64,000 nt of DNA. Origin: Squalus acanthias. Taxonomy: Eukaryota. The position numbers were made by a program, and so were the translations under genes. The notes under the pieces were generated by a model, which ran no database searches, was not told the DNA's origin, and saw only the letters and a list, made by a program, of their open reading frames with translations. Each line of letters begins with the position of its first letter. Position 1 is the first letter of the stretch. This document shows, piece after piece, positions 12,453 to 24,580 of this stretch. Where the stretch lies: the NCBI GenBank assembly GCA_030390025.1, contig CM059433.1:20834001-20898000 (forward strand), given 5' to 3'.

Positions 12453-12912
12453 AATCACCCCTGTGCTCGCGGACCTACATTGGCTCCCGGTTAAGCAGCG
12501 CCTCGATTTCAAAATTCTCATCCTTGTTTTCAAATCCCGCCATGGCCTCGCCCCTCCCAATCTGTGTAATCTCCTTCAGCCCTACAACCCCCCGAGATAT
12601 CTGCGCTCCTCTAATTCTGCCCTCTTGAGCATCCCTGATTATAATCGCTCAACCTTTGGTGGCCGTGCCTTCTGTTGCCGAGGCCCTAAGCTCTGGAATT
12701 CCCTGCCTAAACCTCTCCACCTCGCTACCTCTCTTTCCTCCTTGAAGACGCTCCTTAAAACCTACCTCTTTGACTAAGTTTTTGGTCACCTGCCCTAATT
12801 TCTCCTTGTGTGGCTCGGTGTCAAAATGTTTTGTCTTTTAATACTCCTGTGAAGCACCTTGGGACGTTTTACTACATTAAAGGCGCTATACAAATACAAG
12901 TTGTTGTTGTTG
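12453..12912 (+). mobile_element. L2-clade LINE 3' fragment
   Basis: ORF 12463-12777 LADLHWLPVKQRLDFKILILVFK...GGRAF...GPKLWNSLP; (GTT)n tail. Confidence 0.9.
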
Positions 12913-13714
12913 GATTTTAACTAGCACAGCAAAGATGAGTTGATAGTGCTAAACTGTCTGCCCGTGTACTATGAATGGGTGGCTGACATATCGGCTTCTC
13001 TTCTGCATATTGAGGCATTGCTAGTGTCCAGCTGCAGTTTTATTAGAGTAAGGGAACTAGTTATTTCTTTAATTTGAAATGTCTAGTAATTCTGTGTTGC
13101 TGTTATTCTGTTTGACTGCATGTTCTCTCGATTGATGTAAAACAGTAACATTGTGCTTCACTTGCTTGTAAAAACAGTCACATGGGATTGAATCATTTCA
13201 AATGTAATTCTTTGGCAACGAGCTAAGATTGAAGAGATCTATCTGCAATCAAAAGTGCCTTTGCAGGGGCTCTTTAGATTGGCTGCGCCAGTCTATATTA
13301 CCTCTTGAAAAAAATTGCATTGTTTTGAGTCATATTAATTGTTTGTTTTTTTTGGCTTTCAAAATAACTCCACTTCTCCAAAACAAAGATCAATGTCTGT
13401 TATTAAAAATAAAATAGGCAGGCAGGACGGGAGTGTTTTCTTGTGCTGGCACACGTGCATTTGTAGATTCATGTCCACATGTTTCCTTACAGTGAGCCTC
13501 TGATTGTGGTGGGGCTGCCTTGCCTGGGATGTACCCAGCAGAGGCAAGGCATAACACCTGGGGAAGTGAGGGAAAATTCTGAAACAAGCTGACACATTTT
13601 TTTCACCTCTTGCCTGACAACAGTATTCAGAGTAAGAAGGAAAATCAGTTGTAACTCTTTTTTACCGCAAAAATGGGTAATATATTTCTGAAGGAAGTTA
13701 CTAGGGAAAACCAT

Positions 13715-13850
13715 TGAAGCGAATCGTATAATTGGGTTCAAGGAATAATTAGATGCATTTCTGAAAAAGTGATCGACGGATCTGGTGAAAAATTGGTTAG
13801 ATGGGATTGATAAGACAAGAAGAGATGGGTTGGGCCTAATGCCCTTCATA
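13715..13850 (+). mobile_element. Degenerate CR1 3' end
   Basis: Resembles the 3' end of the CR1 at 43170-43872 (gaagcgaat..gggttgggcctaatg). Confidence 0.45.
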
Positions 13851-13887
13851 TGTTGCTAAAAATCCCATTTGCTCTCCTTGTTGATTA

Positions 13888-14138
13888 ACCACCAAGTTGC
13901 CTTCCAAGTCACACACCATCCTGACTTGGAAATATATCGGCCGTTCCTTCATTGTCGCTGGGTCAAAATCCTGGAACTCCCTTCCTAACAACACTACGGG
14001 AGTAACTTCACCACACAGACTGCAGCGGTTCAAGAAGGCGGCTCACCATCACCTTCCCAAGGGTAATTAAGGATGGGCAATAAATAGCTGGCCTTGGCAG
14101 CGACGCCCACATCCCAGGAACAAATAAGAAAAAAAAAA
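13888..14138 (+). mobile_element. 3' end of second LINE family (CR1/Jockey-group)
   Basis: Near-identical to the 3' end of 58276-59521, ending gacgcccacatccc..aataa plus poly-A. Confidence 0.85.
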
Positions 14139-15061
14139 TGCATGATTTTGAGCTCTCTAAACAAAAGAGAAAACTGTCCATAAAGTTCAGGGCAGGGAAA
14201 ATTTAAAAAGGAAGATCAAATAATTATTTTTAGCTCATTCCATCTGGAAAGTTGTGTAACACTGAACATCTTGTTCTTGATCAAACCTGCTCTTGCCGAA
14301 GAAAATGTTTAATTCATCTGACTGATTTACGAAAGAAACAAATGCATGGTGTAGTTTGTATAGAAGATTGTTTCCCCAGGGAATCTCGAATGGGTCTCGT
14401 CTCATCAAGCTCGTCATGCATTAATGTGTTGGTCTAAAATGATGGAACCAAAAGCTGCCATCAGAAGCAATGAACCATTATGGCTACTAAGACTAAACTA
14501 ATTTAATATGTTCATTCTGATAGCCTTCATCATTTCACTGAGCAATCAATATTAAGCTCAAATGGAAAATGTCAGAAGTGATGGCTCCTTTTTTGCAGCA
14601 GGACAAGCCCATAGGAACAGCTTGTTTGAAAATAAATGACATTCCTTCTCCCACTGGTAAGATTTCTTTTCAGGAAACAGCAATTATCCTTATAAATTGT
14701 GCATTATCTGTCCAGTCACAAGCAGATACACTAGGTTAAAATTCATTGGTAATCACAGTAGCCTAGATTTTCCGTTACCAATACAATTTACACCTGAACG
14801 GATAGAAACGAGTGCAGAGCTCACAGAGTGTAATTATTCACAGCCTCAGGTACAGCTTTGGATGCATGCAGGAAGGTAGCCTGAATGGAGGACTACAAAA
14901 TTGTGATTCAAGTGAGATTTAAAGGGTGTGGATGTTGCATTTTTGGGTTTCTGGTCCTTTTTTTATACTGTAGATCTTTTTAGCTTCTTGGTTCCAGCCT
15001 ACTCTCGTAAGGGAATCCTAGCTCTATACATCCTCAAGAGTGTTTTCACTTGTCCCGATAG

Positions 15062-18000
15062 TGGCTAGAGGAATGGTGCAAGGAGGAGGGATTCACATTC
15101 CTGGGACATTGGAACCGGTTCTGGGGGAGGTTGGACCAGTACAAACTGGACGGTTTGCACCTGGGCAGGGCCGGGACCGATGTCCTAGGGGGAGTGTTTG
15201 CTAGTGCTCTGGGGGAGGGTTTAAACTAAAATGGCAGGGGGTTGGGAACCTGAGCAGGGAGACAGAGGAAAGGGAAACAAGGATAAAAGCAAAAGATAGG
15301 AAGGAGAAAAACAAAAGTGGCAGTCAGAGAAATCAATGGTTTAAATCAAACATGGCCACAGTAAATACTGGCCCAGAAATTGGACTTCGATGGTTGCCGC
15401 GGGGGTAAGGATCCCCCGCGATATCGCACTCCACGCCTGCCTTTATGGTTTTGGCCCACACGAACTTCAGTTCCTGGGCCTCTCCCTGGTGCCGGCGCGC
15501 AGTGTGTGCGTGTCCCAGAGGCACAGTTAGTTCGATGCGACCTCTGGGATCACGTGAGCCAGTTAGAGCCAATGGCAGCAGACTATCTTTCATTCATAGT
15601 TTTGACAGGAAGAGCTGTCAAAGCTATGAATACAAATTGCCCCCAAAAGAACAGCTAAACCTCAATTAAATTTTTTTAAAAACCATCACATTAATAAAAT
15701 AAGTATAGTTAAATAAATTAACCACTTTAAACAAAAATTTAAATTTTTGAAAAAATTTAAATTCTTTTTAAAAGTTATAAAAATAAACTTACCTTTCTTT
15801 AAAGTCTCTAAAAAAGATAAACCTGTTGAAATTTTTTAAAATAATACTTAATTAACTACTTACCTTGTTAAAAGGGGGTCTTACGCCTGCTTTTTTCTTG
15901 TGTAAAATCTTCAACACTTACCTTCGCGTTCAAACCTGAAAAAAAAACTAAGTGTGCTGCGTGTGCACAGCCTGTAGTGCGCACGCGGTTCACTTAGGAA
16001 CCGCCCCCTTCGCCATATCGGAAGTGCCGGTTTCCCGTGCATGCGCAGTGCATGCAGGAAACCGGCACTTCGGGACCGAATATAGGTGAGTACACAGTGC
16101 GTACTCTCCCGTATTCGGACGACTTTCTGGGCCAATAATTCTAATGGGTCTAAGAGCATTAAAAAAACAAGCTTGACGGCTTTGTGTCTTAATGTGAGGA
16201 GCATTCGGAATAAGGTGGATGAATTAGCTGTGCAAATAGAGGTAAACGAATATGATTTGATTGGGATTACGGAAACATGGCTCCAGGGTGGCCAAGGCTG
16301 GGAACTCAACATCCAGGGGTATTCAATATTCAGGAAAGATAGGCAAAAAGGAAACGGAGGTGGGGTAGCATTGCTGGTTAAAGAGGGGATTAACACAATT
16401 GGAAGGAAGGATATTAGCTCTGATGATGTGGAATCTGTATGGGTAGAACTGAGAAATACCAAGGGGCAGAAAACGTTAGTGGGAGTGGTATATAGACCTC
16501 CAAACAGTAATGCGGAGGTTGGAGATGGCATTAAAAGGGAAATTAGAGAAGCGTGCAATAAGGGCATAGCAGTCATCATGGGTGATTTTAATCTACATAT
16601 AGATTGGGCTAACCAAATTAGTAACAATACTGTGGAGGAGGAATTCCTGGAGTGTTTACGGGATGGTTTCCTGGACCAATATGTCGAGGAACCAACCAGA
16701 GATCAGGCCATCTTAGACTGGGTATTATGTAATGAGAAAGGATTAATTAGCAATCTTGTTGTACGAGGCCCCTTGGGTCGGAGCGATCATAATATGATAG
16801 AATTCTTCATTAAGATGGAGAGTGAAGTAGTTGACTCAGAGACTAGGGTCCTGAATTTAAATAAAGGAAACTACGATGGTATGAGGCGCGAGTTGAGTAG
16901 GATTGATTGGGGAATGTCACTCAAAGGGTTGACGGTGGATAGGCAATGGCAAACATTCAAAGACCGCATGGATGAACTACAGAATTTGTTCATCCCAGTT
17001 TGGCATAAGAATAAAACAAAAAAGGTGACTCAACCGTGGCTAACAAGGGAAATTAGGGATAGCACAAGATCCAAGGAGAGGACATATAAATTGGCCAGAA
17101 AAAGCAGTAAACCTGAGGATTGGGAGCAGTTTAGGATTCAACAAAGGAGGACAAAGGGATGAATTAAGAAGGGGAAAATAGAATATGAGAGGAAGCTTGC
17201 AGGAAACATAAAAACTGACTGTAAAAGCTTTTATAGATATGTGAAGAGAAAAAGATTGGTGAAGTCAAGCGTAGGTCCCTTGCAGTCAGAATCAGGGGAA
17301 CTTATAATGGGGAACAAAGAAATGGCAGACCAATTAAATACATATTTTGGTTCTGTCTTCACAAAGGAGGACACAAATAACCTCCCAGAGATGTCGGGGA
17401 ACATAGGGTCTGATGAAAGGGAGGAACTGAAAGAAACCAGTATTTGTAGGGAAATGGTGTTAGGGAAATTGACGGGATTGAAGGCCGATAAATCCCCAGG
17501 GCCTGATAATCTACATCCTAGGGTACTTAAGGAAGTGGCCCTAGAAATAATAGATGCATTGCTGATCATCTTCCAACATCCGATGAAATCTGGAACAATA
17601 CCCATGGATTGAAGGGTAGCTAATGTTACCCCACTATTCAAAAAAGGTGGTAGAGAGAAAATGGGGAATTACAGACCGGTAAGCCTGACATCGGTAGTGG
17701 GGAAAATGCTAGAGTCCATTATAAAAGATGTAATAGCTGAGCACTTGGAAAACAGTGACAGGATCGGACAAAGTCAACATGGATTTACAAAAGGTAAATC
17801 GTGCTTGACTAATCTACTGGAATTTTTTGAGGATGTAACTGGTAAAATAGATAAGGGAGAACCAGTGGATGTGGTGTATTTGGACTTTCAAAAGGCTTTT
17901 GATAAGGTCCCACATCAGAGATTAGCGTGTAAAGTTAAGGCACATGGGATTGGGGGCAAGGTATTGACTTGGATAGAGAACTGGTTGGCAGACAGAAAGC

Positions 18001-19075
18001 AAAGAGTTTGAATAAATGGGTCTTTTTCCGAGTGGCAGTGACTAGTGGGGTACCGCAGGGATCGGTCCTTGGACCCCAGCTATTCACAATATATATTAAT
18101 GATCTAGACAAGGGAACTAGATGTAATATCTCCAAGTTTGCAGACGACAGAAAGCTGGGTGGGCGTGTGTGCTGTGAGGAGGATGCCAAGAAACTCCAGG
18201 ACGATTTGGACAGGTTGGGTGATTGGACAGAAGCATGGCAGATGCAATATAACGTGGATAAATGCGAGGTTATCCACTTTGGTGTCAAAAACAGGAAGGC
18301 AGATTATTATCTGAATGGCAATAGATTGGGAGAAGGGGAAGTGCAGTGAGACCTGGGTGTCCTTGTGCACCAGTCGCTGAAGGTAAGCATGCAAGTGCAG
18401 CAGGCGGTTAAGAAGGCAAATGGTATGTTGGCCTTCGTAGCGAGGGGGTTTGAGTACAGGAACAAGGATGTCTTGCTGCAGTTGTACAGGGCTTTGGTGA
18501 GACCACATCTTGAGTATTGTGTGCAGTTTTGGTCACCTTATCTGAGGAAGGAGGTTCTTGCCATGGAAGGAGTTCAGCGAAGATTCACCAGGCTGATACC
18601 TGGGATGGCAGGAATGACGTATGAGGAGAGATTGGGTCGATTGGGCTTATACTCACTGGAGTTTAGAAGAATGAGAGGGGATCTCATTGAAACTTATAAA
18701 ATTCTAACAGTACTGGACAGACTAGATGCAGGAAGGATGTTCCCGATGGTCGGGGAGTCCAGAACCAGGGGTCACAGTCTAAGGATAAGGGGTAAGCCAT
18801 TTAAGACAGAAATGAGGTGGAATTTCTTCACCCAGAGGGTGGTGAACCTGTGGAATTCTCTACCACAGAAGGCAGTAGAGGCCAATTAATTAAATATATT
18901 CAAGAAGGAGTTGGATATATTTCTTAAGGCTAAAGGGATCAAGGGATATGGGGAGAAAGCAGAGACAGGGTTCTGAATTTGGATGATCAGCCATGATCGC
19001 ATTGAATGGTGGAGCAGGCTAGAGGGGCCGAATGGCCTACTCCTGCTCCTATCTTCTATGTTTCTATGTTTCTAT
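15062..19075 (+). mobile_element. 5'-truncated CR1 LINE (ORF1 3' end plus disrupted EN-RT ORF2), interrupted by a MITE
   Basis: ORF1 end WLEEWCKEEGF..DGLHL..LN*; EN motifs GITETW, GDFN, SDH; RT motifs DFQKAFD, GVPQGSVLGP, FADD split over several ORFs; tail (TTTCTATG)n. Confidence 0.95.
15370..16133. mobile_element. Harbinger-type MITE inserted in the CR1 ORF1/ORF2 junction region
   Basis: Perfect 10-bp TIRs ggcccagaaa / tttctgggcc, flanks act/aat; internal palindrome at about 16019-16075. Confidence 0.8.
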
Positions 19076-19360
19076 AGCTGGTAAGGGTCTTCATAGCGTG
19101 GCCCATGTATCAGAGTTCTATCAGCTACTGGTTCTCTCCCACAGCTTCAGGTGATTGTCCGTGTCTTTGGAAGGCAGCAGAATAGCACTACGCTGGAACT
19201 TGTTTTAAGCTTTAACTGACAAATACATTTATTACAACTGTGCAGGGTGTTGGTGAGACCACACCTGGAGTACTGCATACAGTTTTTGTCTCCTTATTTA
19301 AGGAAGGATATATTTGCATTGGAAGCAGTTCAGAGAAGGTTCACGAGGTTGATTCCAGAG

Positions 19361-19774
19361 AACAAACTGCCACAGGACGGAGTGAGGAGACTCAGAACAA
19401 ACTGCCACAGGACGGAGTGAGGAGACTCAGATCAAACTGCCACAGGACGGAGAGTGAGGAGACTCAGATCAAACTGTCAGGACGGAGAGTGAGGAGACTC
19501 AGAACAAACTGCCACAGGACGGAGAGTGAGGAGACTCAGAACAAACTGCCACAGGACGGAGAGTGAGGAGACTCAGAACAAACTGCCACAGGACGGAGAG
19601 TGAGGAGACTCAGAACAAACTGCCACAGGACGGAGAGTGAGGAGACTCAGAACAAACTGCCACAGGACGGAGAGTGAGGAGACTCAGAACAAACTGCCAC
19701 AGGACGGAGTGAGGAGACTCAGATCAAACTGCCACAGGACGGAGAGTGAAGAGACTCAGATCAAACTGTCACAG
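19361..19774 (+). repeat. Tandem array of 35-37 bp monomers (11 full plus 1 partial) at the CR1 5' end
   Basis: Unit aacaaactgccacaggacgg(ag)agtgaggagactcag, with no unique spacers. Confidence 0.95.
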
Positions 19775-19840
19775 AAGTGTATTGTTTTAATTTAAATTAA
19801 TTAAAGGGTAAATAATAATAAATTTAATTAATTACATAGA

Positions 19841-20797
19841 ATGGGAGAGCAGGTGATGTGTTACTGCTGCAATATGTGGGAGCTGGAGGACACCATTGAT
19901 GTTCACGGTGATCACATTTGCAGTAAGTGTTGGCTGCTCGAGGAACTCCGGCTCCGTGTTGATGAGCTGGAGTCCGAGCTTCAAACACTGCGACACATCA
20001 GGGAGGGGGAGAGTTACCTGGACTCTGTGTTCCAGGAGGTAGTCACACCAATTAGATTAACTAATTCAGATGTAGCCCATGATCAGGGACAGGAGGGTGT
20101 GACTACGAGTGAGGCAGGTACGGGGATCCAGGAGGTAGTGTTGGAGGAGCCGCAGCCCTTGCTCTTGTCCAACAGGTTCGAGGCTCTTACTCCCTGTGAG
20201 GACGGGAGCAGGGACTGCAGGGAGGATGAGCAACCTGGCCACAGCACTGTGGTACGGGGAGCCATTCAAGTGGGGGGAGTAAAAAGAAATGTTGTAGTGG
20301 TAGGGGATAGTATCATTAAGGGGATAGATAGGGTTCTTTGCAGCCGAGAGCGAGAGTCCCGAAGGCTATGTTGCCTGCCCGGTGCCAGGGTTAAGGACAT
20401 CTCCTCTGGGCTGGAGAGAAACTTGGAGTGGGAGGGGGAAGATCCAGTTGTCGTGGTCCATGTTGGTACCAATGACATAGATAGGACAAGGAATGAGGTT
20501 CTGCTGAGGGAGTATGAGCAGCTAGTGGCCAAATTAAAAAACAGAACCTCTAGGGTAGTAATCTCTGGATTACTACCTGAGCCACGAGCAAATTTGGCTA
20601 GGGTAAATAAAATCAGAGGGTTAAATGCGTGGCTCAAAGACTGGTGTGGGAGAAATGGGTTTTGCTACCTGGGACACTGGCACCAGTACTGGGACAGGAG
20701 AGAGCTGTTCCGTTGGGACGGACTTCACTTGGCCAGTGCTGGGACTAGAGTCCTGGCGAATCGAATAACTAGGGCTGTAGAGAGGGCTTTAAACTAA
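19841..20797 (+). CDS. CR1 ORF1 protein: zinc finger/leucine zipper plus SGNH/GDSL esterase domain
   Basis: Intact 318 aa; CYCC..CSKC followed by a leucine-rich coil; GDS, LPGA, HVGTND and DGLHL esterase blocks. Confidence 0.92.
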   Translation: MGEQVMCYCCNMWELEDTIDVHGDHICSKCWLLEELRLRVDELESELQTLRHIREGESYLDSVFQEVVTPIRLTNSDVAHDQGQEGVTTSEAGTGIQEVVLEEPQPLLLSNRFEALTPCEDGSRDCREDEQPGHSTVVRGAIQVGGVKRNVVVVGDSIIKGIDRVLCSRERESRRLCCLPGARVKDISSGLERNLEWEGEDPVVVVHVGTNDIDRTRNEVLLREYEQLVAKLKNRTSRVVISGLLPEPRANLARVNKIRGLNAWLKDWCGRNGFCYLGHWHQYWDRRELFRWDGLHLASAGTRVLANRITRAVERALN

Positions 20798-20835
20798 TTA
20801 GTGGGGGGGAGGTTTCAAGAGAGCAAAAAATAAAA

Positions 20836-23787
20836 ATGTCAGCGGAGAAGGCAATAGAGCAAAGTAGCAGTGGGGTAATTAAAAACCAGAGCGTGTCAGG
20901 AAGGGACAGAATATATAAAGATAAAGGTAAAGTAGTAAAGGGGGTAAAAGCAGGAATAAATTGTCACAAAACATATTTAAAAGTTCTTTATCTGAATGCA
21001 CGCAGCATTCGTAACAAAATAGATGAATTGACGGTACAAATAACTACGTATGGGTATGATCTTGTGGCCATTACAGAAACATGGCTGCAGGGTGACAACG
21101 ACTGGGAATTAAATATGCCAGGGTATTTAACAATCAGGAAGGACAGACAGGAAGGAAGAGGAGGTGGGGTAGCTATGTTAATAAAGGAAGGAATCACTGT
21201 ATTACAGAGAAATTACATTGGGTCAAAGGATCAGGATAATGAAACAGTTTGGGTGGAGATAAGGAATAATAAAGGGAAAAAAACACTAGTGGGAGTAGTA
21301 TATAGGCCTCCTAATAGTTGCAACTCTGCTGGAAGAAGTATTAATCAGGAAATAGTTGGGGCATGTAATAAGGGAACAGCTATAATTATGGGGGATTTTA
21401 ACTATCATATTAACTGGACAAATCAAATTGGGCAGGGCAGCCTTGAGGAAGAGTTTATTGAGTGTATTCGGGATTGATTTCTTGAGCAGTATGTAACTGA
21501 TCCTACAAGGGGGCAAGCAACCTTGGACCTGGTCCTGTGTAATGAGTCAGGATTAATTAATAATGTCCTAGTTAAGGATCCCCTTGGAATGAGTGACCAT
21601 AACATGGTTGAATTCCATATCCAATTAGAGGGTGAGAAGGTTGGTTCTCAGACAAGCGTACTGAGCTTGAATAAAGGAGACTATGATGGTATGAGAGCGG
21701 AATTGATTAAAGTGGACTGGGAAAATAGATTAAAGGGTAAGACGGTACATGAGCAGTGGTGTTCATTTAAGGAGTTATTTTACAACTTTCAAAAAATATA
21801 TATTCCACTGAGGAAAAAAGGGTGTAAAAGAAATGACAGCCATCCGTGGCTAAGTAAAGAAATTAAGGATAGTATCCAATTAAAAACAAGGACATATAAG
21901 GTAGCCAAACTTAGTGGGAGGATAGAAGATTGGGAAGTCTTCAAAAGACAGCAAAAAGTAACTAAAGGATTGATTAAGAAAGGGAAGATAGATTATGAAA
22001 ATAAATTAGCAAAAAATATAAAAACAGATAGCAAGAGTTTCTATAGTTATATAAAAAGAAAAAGGGTGGCTAAGGCAAACGTAGGTCCCTTAGAGGATGA
22101 GACCGGGAAATTAATGGTGGGAAACATGGAGATGGCAAAAATGCTGAACAAATATTTTGTTTCAGTCTTTACGGTAGAGGACACTAAGAATATCCCAACA
22201 CTGGACAAACAGGGGGCTCTAGGGGGGGAGGAGCTAAATACGATTAAAATCACTAAGGAATTGGTACTCAGTAAAATAATGGGACTCAAGGCGGATAAAT
22301 CCCCTGGACCTGATGGCTTACATCCTCGGGTCTTGAGGGAAGTGGCAATAGGGATTGTGGATGCTTTGGTAATAATTTTCCAAAATTCCCTGGACTCAGC
22401 AAAGGTCCCGGCAGATTGGAAAACTGCTAATGTAACACCCTTATTTAAAAAGGGTAGTAGGCAGAAAGCTGGAAATTATAGACCAGTTAGTCTAACATCT
22501 GTGGTGGGTAAAATTTTGGAGTCTATTATTAAGGAGACAGTAACGGAACATTTAGATAAACATAATTTGATAGGACAAAGTCAGCATGGCTTTATGAAGG
22601 GGAAATCATGCCTGACAAATTTGCTTGAGTTCTTTGAGGACATAACGTACAGGGTGGATAAAGGGGAACCAATGGATGTAGTGTATTTAGACTTCCAGAA
22701 GGCATTCGACAAGGTGCCACATAAAAGATTATTGCTCAAGATAAAAAATCATTGGATTGGGGGGAATATTCTGGCATGGGTGGAGGATTGGTTATCTAAC
22801 AGGAAGCAGAGAGTTGGGATAAATGGTTCATTCTCGGACTGGCAACCAGTAGCCAGTGGTGTTCCGCAGGGGTCGGTGCTGGGTCCCCAACTCTTTACAA
22901 TCTATATTAACGATTTGGAGGAGGGGACCGAGTGTAACATATCAAAGTTTGCAGATGATACAAAGATGGGAGGGAAAGTAGAAAGTGAGGAGGACATAAA
23001 AAAACAACAAGGGGATATAGACAAGCTGGGTGAGTGGGCAGAGATTTGGCAGATGCAATACAATATTGGAAAATGTGAGGTTATGCACTTTGGCAGGAAA
23101 AATCAGAGAGCAAGTTATTATCTTAATGGCGAGAAACTGGAAAGTACTGCAGTACAAAGGGATCTGGGGGTCCTAGTGCAAGAAAATCAAAAAGTTAGTA
23201 TGCAGGTGCAGCAGGTGATCAAGAAGGCCAACGGAATGTTGGCTTTTATTGCTAAGGGGATAGATTATAAAAACAGGGAGGTATTGCTGCAGTTATATAA
23301 GGTATTGGTGAGACCGCATCTGGAATACTGCATACAGTTTTGGTGTCCATACTTAAGAAAAGACATACTTGCTCTCGAGGCAGTACAAAGAAGGTTCACT
23401 CGGTTAATCCCCGGGATGAGGGGGTGGACATACGAGGAGAGGTTGAGTAGATTGGGACTCTACTCATTGGAGTTCAGAAGAATGAGAGGCGATCTTATTG
23501 AAACATATAAGATTGTGAAGGGGCTTGATCGGGTGGATGCGGTAAGGATGTTCCCAAGGATGGGTGAAACTAGAACTAGGGGGCATAATCTTAGAATAAG
23601 GGGCTGCTCTTTCAAAACTGAGATGAGGAGAAACTTCTTCACTCAGAGGGTGGTGGGTCTGTGGAATTTGCTGCCCCAGGAAGCTGTGGAAGCTACATCA
23701 TTAAATAAATTTAAAACAGAAATAGACAGTTTCCTAGAAGTAAAGGGAATTAGGGGTTACGGGGAGCGGGCAGGAAATTGGACATGA
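20836..23787 (+). pseudogene. CR1 ORF2 (AP endonuclease plus reverse transcriptase) with one in-frame TGA at 21475-21477
   Basis: ORFs 20836-21477 and 21523-23787 are in the same frame; AITETW, GDFN, SDH, DFQKAFD, GVPQGSVLGP and FADD motifs present. Confidence 0.93.
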
Positions 23788-24580
23788 GGCTGAGTTCGGA
23801 TCGGTCGAGGCCCTGTGGGTGGCGTAGCGGGCCCAGGGGCTGAGTGGCCGGGTCCTGCTCCTACTTCTTGTGTTCTTTAGAATTGAGGTGAGGATCAGAT
23901 CAACCATGATCTTATTGAATGGCGGAGCAGGCTCGAAGGGCCGATTGGCCTACTCCTGCTCCTATTTCTTATGTTCTTATGTTCTTATGAAAGGGTTGTC
24001 TTATGAAGAAAGGTTGAGCAGGTTGGGCCTATACTCATTGGAGTTTAGAAGAATGAGAGGGGATCTTGTTGAAACATATAAGATTCTGAAGGGGCTTGAC
24101 AGGGTAGATGCAGAGAGGATGTTTCCCCTCGTGGGGGAATCTAGAACTAGGGAGTATAATTTCAGAATAAGGGGGCACCCTTTTAAAACAGAAATTAGGA
24201 GGAATTCTTCTCTCAGAGGGTTGTGAATCTTTGGAATTCTCTTCCCCAGAGAGCTGTGGAGGCTGGATCATTGAATATATTTAAGGTGGAGATAGACAGA
24301 TTTTTGAAAGGTAAGGGAGTCAAGGGTTATGGGGAGCGGGCAGGGAAGTGGAGTTGAGGCCAAGATCAGTTCAGCCATGATCTTATTGAATGGCGGAGCA
24401 GGCTCGAGGGTACAAATGACCTACTCCTGCTCCTACGTCTTATGTTCTTATGTTCTTATTATGCAATAATAGAGCAAGCGACTAGTAGCAGTTGCATAAC
24501 ATATGCCCTTTATAGTAGTTAAGCTAGCTTCATGTTGTGATTTTTCTATCATAATAGAACAACTATTCTCAACCATCGTA

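Larger units (their letters stand above)
19361..23986 (+). mobile_element. Full-length, young CR1 LINE
   Basis: Tandem-repeat 5' UTR, ORF1, ORF2 (EN+RT), double 3' UTR, (TTCTTATG)n tail; nested in another CR1. Confidence 0.95.
19231..24460 (+). mobile_element. CR1 3' fragment split in two (19231-19360 and 23987-24460) by a full-length CR1
   Basis: ..aggttgattccagag | atgaaagggttgtcttatg.. rejoins as a continuous RLIPEMKGLSYEERL reading. Confidence 0.9.

Noticed and set aside
15911..16627. Long antisense ORFs over CR1/L2 copies (also 17231, 20266, 25240, 6305)
   Set aside because: Shadow frames of LINE coding sequence with no independent protein motifs
16086..17162. 358-aa ORF as a novel fusion protein
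   Set aside because: It starts at a GTG inside the MITE and simply reads into the CR1 endonuclease; it ends at a premature stop
19361..19774. CRISPR-like array of 35-37 bp repeats
   Set aside because: Units are directly adjacent with no unique spacers, there are no cas genes, and the context is a eukaryotic LINE 5' UTR
24503..24580. Hydrophobic N-terminal extension on the 609-aa RT ORF
   Set aside because: Most simply chance read-through from flanking DNA into a 5'-truncated CR1; no promoter or splice evidence
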